Source of the DNA: Dicyema japonicum | Lineage: Eukaryota > Animalia > Dicyemida | Assembly (NCBI GenBank): GCA_011109175.1 | Contig: RDEW01000024.1 | Span: forward strand, 733,016 to 797,015 | Reading direction: 5' to 3' | DNA: 64,000 bases | In this document: positions 25,777-38,279 of the stretch, piece by piece | How positions within the stretch are numbered: position 1 is the first letter of the stretch | Layout: the number at the start of each line of letters is the position of its first letter | The notes under the pieces: generated by a model | What the model was told of the DNA's origin: nothing | Database searches by the model: none | The model's input: only the letters and a program-made list of their open reading frames with translations | Program-made: the position numbers and the translations under genes

Positions 25777-27209
25777 CAGTGCTTAGCATAGAAAATTGTA
25801 CACCCCTTTTTAGAAATTTCGATGTTTTTTGAAAGAAAATATTATTTTTATGAAAATTAAGATGGTATTAGTTAGACAGTAATTCAATTTGTAATATTTT
25901 TATACGTTGATTTATTTTTTAATTTGAATATAATTTTGCATCTTGATGAATCCTGTTGCTCATAGAAAATTGTACTCCACTTAGATTTCTTAATTTACCT
26001 ATAATTTTCGATAGTTATTTAGAAAAAAGTCTTAAAAAGTCAAATAATTGCATTGCACAACCAGAAAATGTCTCTTAGACAAATTTCCAGAAAGACTGAT
26101 GTTCCCTTTTCTACTGTCGGAGGTTTCATCAGTAGATACAAAAAGACCGGAAGGATTTCTCGGACGTTACTATAGTTAAATGAATCGAAGATAAATACTT
26201 TATGCAATATTTCCCGTGAAAATCCTTCGTTTTCTTCGCTAAAGTTATCTACGGAAGTCAAGAATTCCACTGGAACACGAGTTTCCAGGCATACAGTAAA
26301 CCGAACTCTGAATAAAAATGAAATATTTTGTCGAAAAGCAATCAAAAAACCTTATTTGAGTCAAAAAAAACATACTGAAAATACGAAAATCGTTAAACTT
26401 TTTTTAAGTTTCTGATGATAAATGGAAAACTTACATGCTTTCTGACGAATGTTCATTTAAACTGAGACCGACAAAAAGAACGCAATGGTTTATAAAAATG
26501 CGAAAGACTCTTTGGAGCCGGAATTTATCGCGCATACTCATAAGTTTGAAAAAAATTAGCTTACTGAAATTTTAATTTAAAAAAAATCATGTTCTGGGGG
26601 TGTTTCTTTTATTACGGTGTGGGCCATTTGGTAGCCATTGAGGGTAATATGAATGCTGCAAGATACATAAGCATTCTTACAAATCATCTTCCTCAGTCTC
26701 TGAAAAATGGGTATAAGAGACTTTTCAGCAGGATAGCGCACCAAGCCACACAGCGAGGGTCGTGAAAGAGTTTTTTTAATGAAAAACAAATTAAATAAAT
26801 CAAGTGGCCCGCTCAGTCTCCAGATTTAAACCCCATCGAGAATTTGTGGAGTCAAGTAAAACGAGAAACGACAAAAGCAATTACGGGACCATAAATGACT
26901 AGAAGAGGAGATTTTAACAGTTTGGGAGGAAATCCCACAAAGTTTGACAAAGAAACTCATTAATTCAATGAAAAAATGCTTTTGGCACGTATATTCGGCA
27001 CATGGTGGACACATAAAATATTGAAAATTCAAATGTACGATTTTCATTGATCAGTAAAAATAAAAAAATTATTGTTTGTTCCGTAATTAAGAATTTTATG
27101 ATATTAAAAAAAAAAACTCATTGAAGCTCTATATAAAGATAAAAGTCGAAATTAATAAAAAATGAAACTATTTCTCTTAAAAAAATTGAGAACTTAAGTG
27201 TACAATTTT
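25777..27209 (+). mobile_element. Tc1 (DD34E) DNA transposon with IR/DR termini, degenerate
   Basis: TA|CAGTG start. Paired-like HTH (MSLRQIS..VPFSTVGGFISRYKKTG), SDEC, QQDSAP and [15 protein letters not shown]. The right end is lost in a gap. Confidence 0.88.
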
Positions 27210-28072
27210 NNNNNNNNNNNNNNNNNNNNNNNNNNNNNNNNNNNNNNNNNNNNNNNNNNNNNNNNNNNNNNNNNNNNNNNNNNNNNNNNNNNNNNNNNNN
27301 NNNNNNNNNNNNNNNNNNNNNNNNNNNNNNNNNNNNNNNNNNNNNNNNNNNNNNNNNNNNNNNNNNNNNNNNNNNNNNNNNNNNNNNNNNNNNNNNNNNN
27401 NNNNNNNNNNNNNNNNNNNNNNNNNNNNNNNNNNNNNNNNNNNNNNNNNNNNNNNNNNNNNNNNNNNNNNNNNNNNNNNNNNNNNNNNNNNNNNNNNNNN
27501 NNNNNNNNNNNNNNNNNNNNNNNNNNNNNNNNNNNNNNNNNNNNNNNNNNNNNNNNNNNNNNNNNNNNNNNNNNNNNNNNNNNNNNNNNNNNNNNNNNNN
27601 NNNNNNNNNNNNNNNNNNNNNNNNNNNNNNNNNNNNNNNNNNNNNNNNNNNNNNNNNNNNNNNNNNNNNNNNNNNNNNNNNNNNNNNNNNNNNNNNNNNN
27701 NNNNNNNNNNNNNNNNNNNNNNNNNNNNNNNNNNNNNNNNNNNNNNNNNNNNNNNNNNNNNNNNNNNNNNNNNNNNNNNNNNNNNNNNNNNNNNNNNNNN
27801 NNNNNNNNNNNNNNNNNNNNNNNNNNNNNNNNNNNNNNNNNNNNNNNNNNNNNNNNNNNNNNNNNNNNNNNNNNNNNNNNNNNNNNNNNNNNNNNNNNNN
27901 NNNNNNNNNNNNNNNNNNNNNNNNNNNNNNNNNNNNNNNNNNNNNNNNNNNNNNNNNNNNNNNNNNNNNNNNNNNNNNNNNNNNNNNNNNNNNNNNNNNN
28001 NNNNNNNNNNNNNNNNNNNNNNNNNNNNNNNNNNNNNNNNNNNNNNNNNNNNNNNNNNNNNNNNNNNNNNNN

Positions 28073-28330
28073 AAGCCTGCTGCGTGGATTGCGAACGAGT
28101 TCCCTCGGAGTATGGCTATTCCAATCTTTTGTCTTAGCCATAACCCTTCTCGTTGATCCCTTTTCTTTCTGGCAAGCAATCCTCCGAGTTTTCGCAAGAA
28201 CTCAGCCGTCATTGGACCAACGCTCCTATTACGGTGTGGGTCATTTGGTAATCATTGAGGGTAAAATGAATGCTGCAAGATACATAAGCATTCTTACAAA
28301 TCATCTTCCTCAGTCTCTGAAAAATGGGTC
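28073..28330. mobile_element. CRE family B 3' end (minus, 28073-28222) fused to a Tc1 internal piece (plus)
   Basis: LRKLGGLLARKKRDQREGLWLRQKIGIAILRGN matches 59490-59675; the remainder matches 26600-26720. Confidence 0.75.
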
Positions 28331-28429
28331 TAGGAGACTACGTTTTAGAGCTCGATCGATGTATTTTGAATTGTCATTTCAGTTTGCCTTTTTATAGTTG
28401 AAAAATGAAACAGTCTCTTTTTTGTGGTA

Positions 28430-29040
28430 AAGAACTTTTTTGATTCGAATAATGATTGTGGTCGGTAGATAATCCATAATGCACCGTCAAGATGTGTCCG
28501 GTCCAAGGTTTGGGGAACAGAAGGTATTGTCTGGGGACTTGATGGTTCGTTTTCCTTGTAGGGAGTCCTAGTGTGCTTCCTGGGGTTTTGAGGATAGTCA
28601 GAGAGGTGAGTTAATTTAATAAGGATAATCCTCTTGAGTCTGCTGGATGTGATTTTAACCAGGCTGGATTTTTAGCATTAACGACTCCACACAATATCAG
28701 GTTTCCAGCTTGTTTAACTTGGTTTATTTAGAGAGAATCTTTTTGGGCAAGAAAATGGAGGGGGACGTAGATGTTTGTAATGTTGAGAGTCACGAATCCA
28801 ATTGTAATTGAAATCCTAGATATTTAAGTGCTCTTATCGTTTATCAGTGATTGTAGTTTGGCTGAAATGTCTTTAAATCGAATGTTATCTATTATGAGGA
28901 GACTCCCCACCACGACTTTTTGAGCGGTCCAGTCGGATCTAATTGTATCCTGGAAAATGCGGGGTAGGCGATGATGGAGTAAGTCTGCTTTCTTGAAGTA
29001 AAATCAGGTCAATGTTCTGTTTTTAATGAAAAACCGTAGT
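28430..29040 (-). mobile_element. LINE APE fragment
   Basis: DLILLQESRL..IRLDRSKSRGG. Confidence 0.65.
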
Positions 29041-29363
29041 TCGAAACTCCGTCTGAAAAGGATTATGCTCAAAGAGATGTGAACAATTTGAAAAAAATTA
29101 TACACGAAAATTTCACACAAGGAACACAAGAAGTCGAATAAACTGTTATCACGCAGAAAAATGAAGAAAATTTAAGTCCCCTCTTCTTTCATGAAAGCGA
29201 TGTTAGGGATACACTACATTCCGCAAACACCACACTCTCACGGTTGTTCTATTAAAAATCTTGCAGATCCCATGTTGGGAAACACTGGTGTAGAGGATTG
29301 TCCTAAAAGTTTAAAACCATTTAATCCCTTAAAAACGAAAAGTTAACTAATCAAACGATCAAA

Positions 29364-30662
29364 TTATTCGATTATAGGATAAATTGGACCGATAGGAAAT
29401 CTACAGTTATATTTCCCACGTGACAGTTTGAAGTATCCATGTATTCCCCATGCTTTTCCCCATCCATTTTTGATAAGCCAATACTTTTCACCTTTCATAA
29501 TTCCATAACCAACAACAGAAATTACATGATTATAGTTCAAGTTATGACAATTCCTGATATGGTATACTCCTAAAACGTTTCATTCATATTTACCTCGGAG
29601 ATAAGTTTGCATGCTTATTAAAGAACCATCAACTTGAGCAGTAATAGGACCAACTTTAATGAGATAGTCCATAAGCATTTGTTCGTTACCATTATTAAGT
29701 ATTTTATAACCAGTCAATTTAAGTTTAATATTTGGTTTACCATCATATTTACATTTACCCTCATATTGAGTTATCCCTAGAGACATTACATTAGCCACAT
29801 ATGGATATCGTTTCACCATTATTAAGTATTTTATAACCAGTCAATTTAAGTTTAATATTTGGTTTACCATCATATTTACATTTACCCTCATATTGAGTTA
29901 TCCCTAGAGACATTACATTAGCCACATATGGATATCGTTTTTCAGAATTAATTCCTCCGTTATTTTTAATGTAATCATAAACATCATCGACAGATCCACC
30001 ACTGCATCCATGTTCATATACACAATCTACCATGTTTTGTTCACTCATAGATATAAGAATATTGTGTTTGATTGCAAAATGTAACTCCAACGTAGCCAAC
30101 TAAATGTGTTAAACAATTGTTAACTGCTGCAAATGCATAGCAAGACCCACAAAAACCTCCTTGCATTTTTATATCAGTTACACAGTTTCGTTTTACCCAA
30201 CTAAATGATTTGGGATATCTTGTTTTATTTGTATACACAATATAATCTTCTAATAATTCATTTGTGTTTGTTTGATTAGAATAAGAATTAAACTTGAATT
30301 TGTTTGGTTTTCTAAATTCCCTTCTTGTCTACAAAAATATATTGTAATTAAACCAGGTCAGCGAACTGATTAATTCCCAATTCATACAAAAATCTACCTT
30401 GATTAAAAAGTATATTGTGGTTATCAATGAAGATTAAGTTTTCAGTAAAAATAGCCTTTCTAACCTGTAGTTCTAAGCCAGAATAGGATCTATCTTAAAA
30501 TAAGTAAAAATAAATTTAACTATATTTTTCTATGAAATTATTCCATTGGATTTCATAATATTCATCGTCTTTAAGTGAATAATTGATTGATTCGTATTTG
30601 AAATGAATTTTAGATGAAATAAAGTTATTAAAAATTACAACAAGGAAAATTATGTTGATCAT
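29364..30662 (-). pseudogene. Cathepsin L-like cysteine protease, copy A; frameshifted as assembled
   Basis: Signal peptide, ERFNIN, GINQFADL, QGGFCGSCYAF, NHVISVVGYG and YWLIKNGWG. A 127-bp tandem duplication (29688-29940) breaks the frame. The intron-4 acceptor is mutated. Confidence 0.85.
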
Positions 30663-30899
30663 TTTAATTAATTCTGTCTATTTTTTATTTAAATATTTTT
30701 GAAATAATATATTTTTTTTCATTAAAAATATATATTTTTGTTTTTTATGAGTTTATCCAAACGAAATTGATAATCGCATTATCTTTGCTAGATGGTCTTT
30801 CCTTGATCCTTTACCAGCTCTTTGGGTTCGGGTTGTGTTCTGGTTACGTTGGATTAGGTCTCCTCTGTTATTAGTGGTAACTTAGGTTTGGAATTAAAA

Positions 30900-31320
30900 A
30901 ATATATTTTTTCTTACTTCACTGGAAAGTTCCCACGATGGTTGATTTGAATCGACGTGATGCTTGGAAAGAATACGTTTCACTTATACCGTGGGAACCGA
31001 ATATACCCTATAAATAAGTCAAAATGAAAATATTTATTTTATTGTCAGGATCACTGGGTTGATAGGAAAAGTCCTCTCAGCTATCTAATGATCCCTGACT
31101 TAGAAAGGAAAGGCAAATCCGGCGAAATCTTTCTCGTGCATACGGGCCCTCGAAGGATAAAAATTATCGCTTCAGAATTGCACCCCAAAAGCCATCACGT
31201 GAACACTTTCTATCTGGATGGAAGAAAAGTAAAATTTCTTCACTCTCCAGAACCACCAGGACTTGACGCGAAAGTGGAGGATCTCTGTGTACTACTAAGA
31301 AATTAACTAAAACAAATATT
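30900..31320 (+). mobile_element. LINE RT C-terminal remnant (copy A only)
   Basis: HPKSHHVNTFYLDGRKVKFLHSPEPPG. Confidence 0.45.
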
Positions 31321-31329
31321 CCCGCTAAT

Positions 31330-31622
31330 TATGATTGTAACTATTCTAACAAAAATTAAAGAAATATTAAGTTCTTAGTAAAGCTAATCAAATTTATCAC
31401 CTTCCTTGCAGCCATTCCATACACGAATAGTCAAATCCTCCGATGAACTAACATACTACAGAAGCAATCAACTCACCTGGTTTTTCTCTGGAATATACTC
31501 AATTGATTTGATCACACCTCTATGTCTTTTATAAGACTTCACGATGCAGCACGTGTTTGATTACCACACTCTGATCGTAGAAATTGACTGTACTTTATGA
31601 CATTTCCGATTGAGGCGACTCC
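31330..31622 (-). pseudogene. WD40-repeat gene fragment with tiny introns
   Basis: VASIGNVIKVW*SNTCCIVKSYKRHRGVIKSIEYIPEKNQYVSSSEDLTIRVWN after removing 23-nt and 21-nt GT-AG introns. Confidence 0.65.
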
Positions 31623-32290
31623 GTTCTCCATCTCCCTCTGCTTTGCGCATCTGTCCTTAGATCTTCTAGGTCACTGCAGATTAAAGTTTCTTCCAATTCC
31701 GTTAATATCCTTGTTTAGAGCCACAGAGAGGGTGACTCTAGGTCTTCCTCTAAACGATGGTTTGTTCTCATTGTTAAACTAATAGTCTATTATTATATTT
31801 GCAGGGGCGTTCATGTCCATTCTAAACACGTGCCTAAACAGTTTCAATCTTGATTCAATAATGTCGATCATTTTTGCCTGTATTGTGCCACAGAGTCTAA
31901 TTACTTATTTGAAATCTCCTTAGAGAAGCCTAGCCCCATTAAATTTCGTAATTGTTTTCGATTAAATATATCCATTTTCTTGAGCTTTGTGACCCTCTCC
32001 TCTATGTACCCGAGTTGTACATAAGTACCGGCTTCATAAATGAGTTGTATATCTTATTCTTAGATTTGTTTTTTTAGTTTTCGTCGACTCCATATCTTCT
32101 GCATTTTCATGTAAATGACATCTCGCATTCCAATCCATATCCTCCAAAGGAAAGCTTAAATAATTAAATCACCCCAACTTGTATTCCAAAGCATATAAAG
32201 TCATTTTGCGAATTGTCGGAAAATTGAGTATTCAAAGTAGAAGACTACAATAAGTTAACAATGGAATTGAGTCTCCTCTAATTCATTAGA
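31623..32290 (-). mobile_element. RTE-clade LINE RT/C-terminal fragment (paralog 47941-48600)
   Basis: KIRIYNSFMKPVLMYNSGT..RLKLFRHV..PRVTLSVALNKD. Confidence 0.75.
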
Positions 32291-32349
32291 TTTTTTATGA
32301 TGAAGGCAACAATACCACCATGAACAAGCGCTTTGAAGATCTCTTTGAA

Positions 32350-33060
32350 ATTCTGTGATACTTGTTCAATGTACGATTGAGAGCATCATATTTGACTCAT
32401 TTTTTCAGCAGACTGAAGAAGATGATTTGTAAGTCCGCTTATGTATCTTGCAGAATTTATATTACCCTCAATGGCTTCCAAATAGCCCTCACCGTAATAA
32501 GAGAAACTCCCCAGAACAAGATTTTTCCTAAAATTGAAATTTCAGTAAGCTAACTTTTTCAAACTTATTAGTTTATGCTATGAATTCCGGCTTCAAAGAG
32601 TCTTTTGCATTTTTGTAAACTATTGCGTTCTTTTTTGTCGGTCTCAGATCAAATGACATTTGTAAGTTTTTCATTCATCATCAGAAACTTGTAAAAAAAT
32701 TAACCATTTTCGTCTTTCCAGAATGTTTTTTCGACTCTAACAAGGTTTTTTGATTGTTTTTCGACAGAATATTTTCTTTTTATTCAAAGTTCGGATTACT
32801 GCTTGCCTGGAAACTTGTCTTCCAATGGAATTCTTGAGTTCCGTAGATAACTTTAGCGATGAAAACTAAGGATTTTCACTGGAAATATTGCATAAAGTAA
32901 TTATCTTCGATTCATTTAACTTTGGTAGACGCCCTGTACCCGGATTACGAAAAATCCTTCCGGTCTTTTTGTATCTACTGATGAAACTTCCGACAGTAGA
33001 AAAGGGAACTTCAGTCTCTATGGAAATTTGTCTAAGAGACATTTTCTGGTTGTGCAATCC
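32350..33060 (-). mobile_element. Tc1 transposase fragment (paralog 48610-49200)
   Basis: LHNQKMSLRQISIETEVPFSTVGSFISRYKKTG; same family as 25777-27209. Confidence 0.85.
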
Positions 33061-33099
33061 GAGAGTTTCATCACTCTTTATCCCAAGAGTTTCATCCAC

Positions 33100-33330
33100 T
33101 AGCATGCCCAGAGTATCTGTCTTTTAAGAATCCTGTTTCCACTTCAAGAAAAATTGTACTTGCCAAGTCATCTCAGAGATGTTCATGTTGTCGTCTAGTC
33201 AGAACTTGGAAGATTGAAATCTCCTGTTCTGCTTGTTGAGATTTTTTCCACCTCAGTTGTATCAAGCTATCCCAATCTCTGCGAGTGGGCTTGGATTCAG
33301 TCACTTTCCATATCGGTTTTACCTCAATCT
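33100..33330 (+). mobile_element. PHD-finger 5' region of an Ingi/I-like LINE
   Basis: CSCCRLVRTWKIEISCSAC*DFFHLSC; the paralog at 49200-50100 continues into APE (LAVQKETH..EGG). Confidence 0.6.
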
Positions 33331-33719
33331 TTCTTCCACCTTGGTTTTACATACACTAGCTCCCCCATCCGGAGTAAGTCGCCTGACTGCATCGAACAAT
33401 GAAGTTCTCGCAATACGGAATCTTTTCCCTGTAGCTGTGGCGGGCTCGACGGAATGAGACCTGGTCATCTGAAAGATCTAACTTCCATTTCTATAGTAGA
33501 CCAAAGACTTGGTCATAAGAATTCAATTACTTCACCTATGAATCGGAGCACTTTCCGAAGTTATCCTCTATGTCCTATTCTCAGCCAATTTGATAGTTTT
33601 CGATAAGAAGGGCGGCAGAGTACGGCCGGTCTGGTTCGTCTTCATCCTCCCCTATATTAACCTCATTAAAAGAAAAAATATTAAAGTGTAACCTCAGACT
33701 CTTGGATCACTCATTCTGA

Positions 33720-35290
33720 AATACTTAGCTACCCTCTCTAAGAGATTAATTCTTGCGCTTCCTAAACAGATCTAAACAATTTAAAGATGCGTCAACGGTT
33801 ACATAAATGTTGTTGGAATTAAAGTTTTCAAAACACTTGTTTCATCAAAAAAAATGATTTCACTTAAAATAAATCGTAAAAATTAAGGGTTGATAATGTC
33901 CAGGATCTGCAAATTATTATATTTGAGAGAGGAATCACCGAGGATCAATTTACACCTTGAAATGAATGAGGATATTGAAAGACAATGGGTTAAAGATTGT
34001 CTTCCTTCAGGGGGAGTTGAATCAATTTGGAAAGTTATTCATGACTATTCAGTTCGACACCAATGGAGAATGTCTGACATTTGTTTTTCCACTCAGCAAT
34101 CGCAGATGGGGATTTGAATATGGGTAGTGAAATTGGTGTCACTAAAAATCATGGAAGTAATGGTAAACTTACAATTTTAGTAAATCAAGTGAAATATATT
34201 TCAAAAATTTATTATGGTTTTCAGGATTATTAACATAATTGTGTTTCTCAGTTATGTATCCCAGAAAGATGTTAATAGCAGGAAAGGTGTTGTCTCAGAC
34301 TTCAAATTTAGGGAACTAAAAAAATACTCCGTCCTTAGAGATTATTTACGATTTATCCTTATCATCTTCATAACTTTTAAAACCGTTGAAAGAATTAGTT
34401 TGAAAAATCTGATTGCTTTTCTGGGGTGAGTTAATACAAGGAGTCAGTTTTTGATATATGCAAAGGCCTCTCCAATCTCTAGACTTTATCATGCCAGGTG
34501 TGCTTTCTCGATACCTAGGAGATGAGAGTCAAAAAATCTCAATTTGTCGATGTAGTAGAGTGGATCAAAACTGAGGCATACTTCCTCGATCCAAAGGAAG
34601 TTATTGGTCTTACGAAAATCGAAGACTCAGTGACTTGAAAAAGTATCTAGGTCGAGGCGAAAACCGAGTTCCAATTCATAGCTTCTCAGATTAGTAAACC
34701 ATTAGTTCTCCTTTGACATAGATATCAGAAAAGCTCAGGACGTGTGAACACTGTTTAAAATCTTTAAATTCTTGAAAACTTCAACATTTCCTGAGATTTA
34801 CAATTCTCGAAAACCCGTGTTGTGAGTTGAAAAGTTATTGCTATGTGTCTTCCTTATATATATTTTTGTTTGGTGAGATTCTAAAGGTGATGAGACAGAA
34901 AACCTTGAAAGCCCTATATAGTGGGTAACTTCTCTGTAATGTTGGGACATCATTTACTTGCCTTCTGACGTCCTTGTAACTCCTGCTCCACTAATGTCGA
35001 AGATCATCACAAGTTTCAGCTTCAGAAAAAAGGTTGGAGAAGTAGATTTACTCTCTTCAATTTTCATTACACCTCACGACATCATTTACTTGCCTTCTGA
35101 CGTCCTTGTAACTCCTGCTCCACTAATGTCGAAGATCATCACAAGTTTCAGCTTCAGAAAAAAGGTTGGAGAAGTAGATTTACTCTCTTCAATTTTCATT
35201 ACACCTCACGTCGACATTTGGTGGAAGAGTTTTCATAGTGTAATCTTTACCATGTATTTGGTCAGAGAGATGTAGGAAGATACTATTCGC
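33720..35290 (-). pseudogene. Degenerate LRR ectodomain-like gene (paralog ~50290-51770)
   Basis: Frameshifted segments RAFKNLTK, RVFENCK, NLRSYEL, IFQTNSFNGFKS and an LRR-CT-like P.ICDC. Tiny GT-AG introns are present (23 nt gttttctgtctcatcacctttag). Confidence 0.45.
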
Positions 35291-36369
35291 CTACTATATA
35301 TTGCCATAAAGACTCGTAGTCTCACTGGTGGGATCTGTTTACGAGAATTGACTTTCATTAAAAAATCCATCATCGGATTCGAACACACAAGTAATAAGAT
35401 GTCAAGTTCAGGCAGAAGGCTATTGATGATTATTACTTAACATCCCAATACCACGGTAAAACCAAACTAATTATCACGTGATCCCGATTCGTTCCATCAG
35501 TGACCATATCATTGCCCGATGTTCCTTCCTTGTGCCTGCGCATAGTCGTACACGTCGACTTGGGATCTGCTATTTCAGGATTTTACATTTTAGATGTTTG
35601 GCATAGAGGATAGATGTCTGACTCACGTATGGAGAGAAAGAATAAAGATGAGTTAAGTGCTATCTTTTCTATGTGGGGGTGATTTCAAGTGATTAAAATA
35701 AATCAATACAAAAATACATATAAATTGATTTCCTTGACTGAGATATAGTAACAGTTGGGAGGGTCTACTAGATTTGCAAAGGAATATCTTACTTCCAGTA
35801 TAACGTAACTATTATTAGATGGGAAAAATAAGTTCGGGAAGTTCAAGGGGAATTAAAGAAAAGGATTCTTACCTCTGTCCTCTGGACTCCCAAATGATAA
35901 TATATCTTTGTCATTGAAATATGGTTAGAATTTTATATCTTTAATAAAAAAAACGAGACTGAGCCCTATCAATCGCAGACCATGACCGGGTATCAACTAA
36001 AGCCATTTGAAGCTTTGTTATCAAAAAGGTCTGGAACGTATTCCACCACCTTCCATAGCACGGGAAGTTCATTTCCACATGGCGCGTTTACTTAGTGATC
36101 ACGTAAATTTACTTTCGCATCTGATAGGATTGGACAATCGACTTTTCACCTATGTAATTTTATTTTAAAAACAAGAATTAATTATTTCTAGAATAACTGC
36201 AGATGAATTTCTCATCGAATTAACATAATTAATAAACTGTTTTCGATATTAACATAATTTATGAAACTAACATGATTTTTATGGTAATTTTTTAATAAAA
36301 TATACAAATTATTGCATTTTAACTTTAAAATCATGTGAAAACAATTATTAAAATTAAGTAAAGTTGTTA

Positions 36370-36810
36370 TGACAGGTCTCCATTATGGCTTGCAGGCGTT
36401 GAGCAAGCAATAAGAATTATTTGTCACAATCCCGATGCCAATGTCCTGTTAGAATATGGTGGTTCTATATGATCAGCCTGTCTCAGATGGCGCACACTGC
36501 CAGGGTGGCATTTAAATGATCATTTTCTTTCCTCCAATCCACTGGATGGGTTCCCACGACTGTGAGGAATGGACGTTTTCAACCTTTTATGCTGCTTCTG
36601 GATTAACCCAGTATTCAGTGGTCGTAGAATTGACGAGAGAAACCAAGATCTATCACTAGTTTATTTTGTTTCAACGTAGTTTCGTATCGTTGAGAATATT
36701 TAAGTGTAAATACCATACACGTGTGCTTCGCATTCTGATGAGCAATAATTAAACTGGCAACATAACAATTTCAAAAATTATACGATTCCCAATAATGAAC
36801 GTGAATAAAT
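36370..36810 (+). pseudogene. Degenerate Cys-rich/discoidin-like gene, copy A
   Basis: YSVVVELTRETKIYH plus a 21-nt intron; premature TAA. Paralog of 54280-54950. Confidence 0.35.
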
Positions 36811-37189
36811 CAAAGATCAGTTTGTTACCGTGTAAAGCTGTCAAGAAAAGAAGATGTTTTAAAGGAGATATCAAAAAGAAGACGGAGTATATGTTTAATA
36901 AGAACATCTATCCGTCCAAATTAGAGAATCAAATGTTGCAAAAACCTTTGATCTACCGGAGCATAATATAAGGATTTGGTTCTCTAGCAGAAGGCAGAAA
37001 AAACGTAAATTTGATAAAAAGAATTGTAAGTTTAATTTTGTTAATTACTTCAATTTTTGACTCATAAATTAAAAATTTGACTTGTCTATGCTAACGATAC
37101 ACGTTGAGCTCAATTTGATAGCATTTTGTGTTTCGAAAAAATTACCAGTTAGCTAAGTGATTAATTTGTCTGAAGGTTGAAGTCGTGAC

Positions 37190-37725
37190 GTACTTGCATT
37201 GGTTCATCTTCTAGTGAACATGGACAAGGCGATAGACTCGGGAGACGTCTACGTGTGTGTCAAACAGAGATCCAATCACTTGTCACATCCAAGATTCTTT
37301 GACATCTTTTGAAAAAAATGTCGACCTTGTTTAACTTCAAGGTGACTGTCTTTCTTTTAATCTTTTGTCCGAGGTAAAAGGGACGTGGATATTTATTCTG
37401 AGGCCTTCTGAATCTCTCGATTTTCGAAGCCAACACATTATCATCCGCATGGAAGAGTAGAGCGTCATTATCAGATTCAAGTGTTGGGAGACCGTCCAGA
37501 ATGAGGTTAATTAGAGTAGGGGATAAAAGAGATCCTTGAGGGACTCCGTTGGGGAGGAGACGCGAGATTGATTTCTGACCTCCGAGACATACACGTCCTC
37601 TTAGGAAGTTGATGATCCAAAGCTTGAACTTCCCTGGGATCTCCGATTGAATTTTTTTTCTCGATAGATTCTTCCTCGAGACTTAGTCAAAAGTTTTGTA
37701 TATGTCGATCTAGCAGAGCGCTGTT
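37190..37725 (-). mobile_element. I-group LINE RT fragment (paralog 55200-55640)
   Basis: LWIINFLRGR..NGVPQGSLLSPTL..HADD. Confidence 0.75.
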
Positions 37726-37734
37726 TTTAAGTGC

Positions 37735-38050
37735 TTAGGGGAACAATCTTCACGAGTGCGATCAAGGGCCTGCTCTGCAGCCGTCAAAACGGATTAGGCC
37801 AAACTCAAAAATACGACGACCCTCCTGATAATATCTAATTTGTTCCCTTTGATATGGAGAATTCCAGATCCTACTCCCCTCTACACTAGAGTTTTTCGGA
37901 CGTCTTGGAAACCGGATCACCTCATACTTGGAGATATCCGCGAACGCCGCTGGCTGTTTGAGCTAATTTCGCTTGCAATTCTGAGAAAGAACAGCCACGC
38001 AGTGAAGGCGGCCGCTAACTAATGTTTTGTCTTTATCATTTTTAATTAAA
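37735..38050 (+). mobile_element. CRE family A 3' end (paralog 55650-55970)
   Basis: RWLFELISLAILRKNSHAVKAAAN* with the same 3' UTR as 5830-5930. Confidence 0.8.
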
Positions 38051-38279
38051 AAAGTGTACATAATTAAAAATATAAACTGAATTTTATAAATGGCTGGCTT
38101 ATCCAAAAGTTTTGCCAGAAACCATAGCCCTGTTAGGTTCTTTATTAGTCTTAATTCAGTTTATTAAATTGTTTAAAAATTAATTTAATATTAATTTAAT
38201 ATTAAAAATTGGTTGACATTGTGGTATACCCTTTAATAATATTTTATTTATTAGCGTGTCGCAAAATTTAACTTTGTAT

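Noticed and set aside
33890-34429. Plus-strand ORFs conserved in both duplicates (also 50459-51037) and minus ORF 54528-54938
   Set aside because: Best explained as antisense shadows of decayed genes on the opposite strand; no motifs or splice support.
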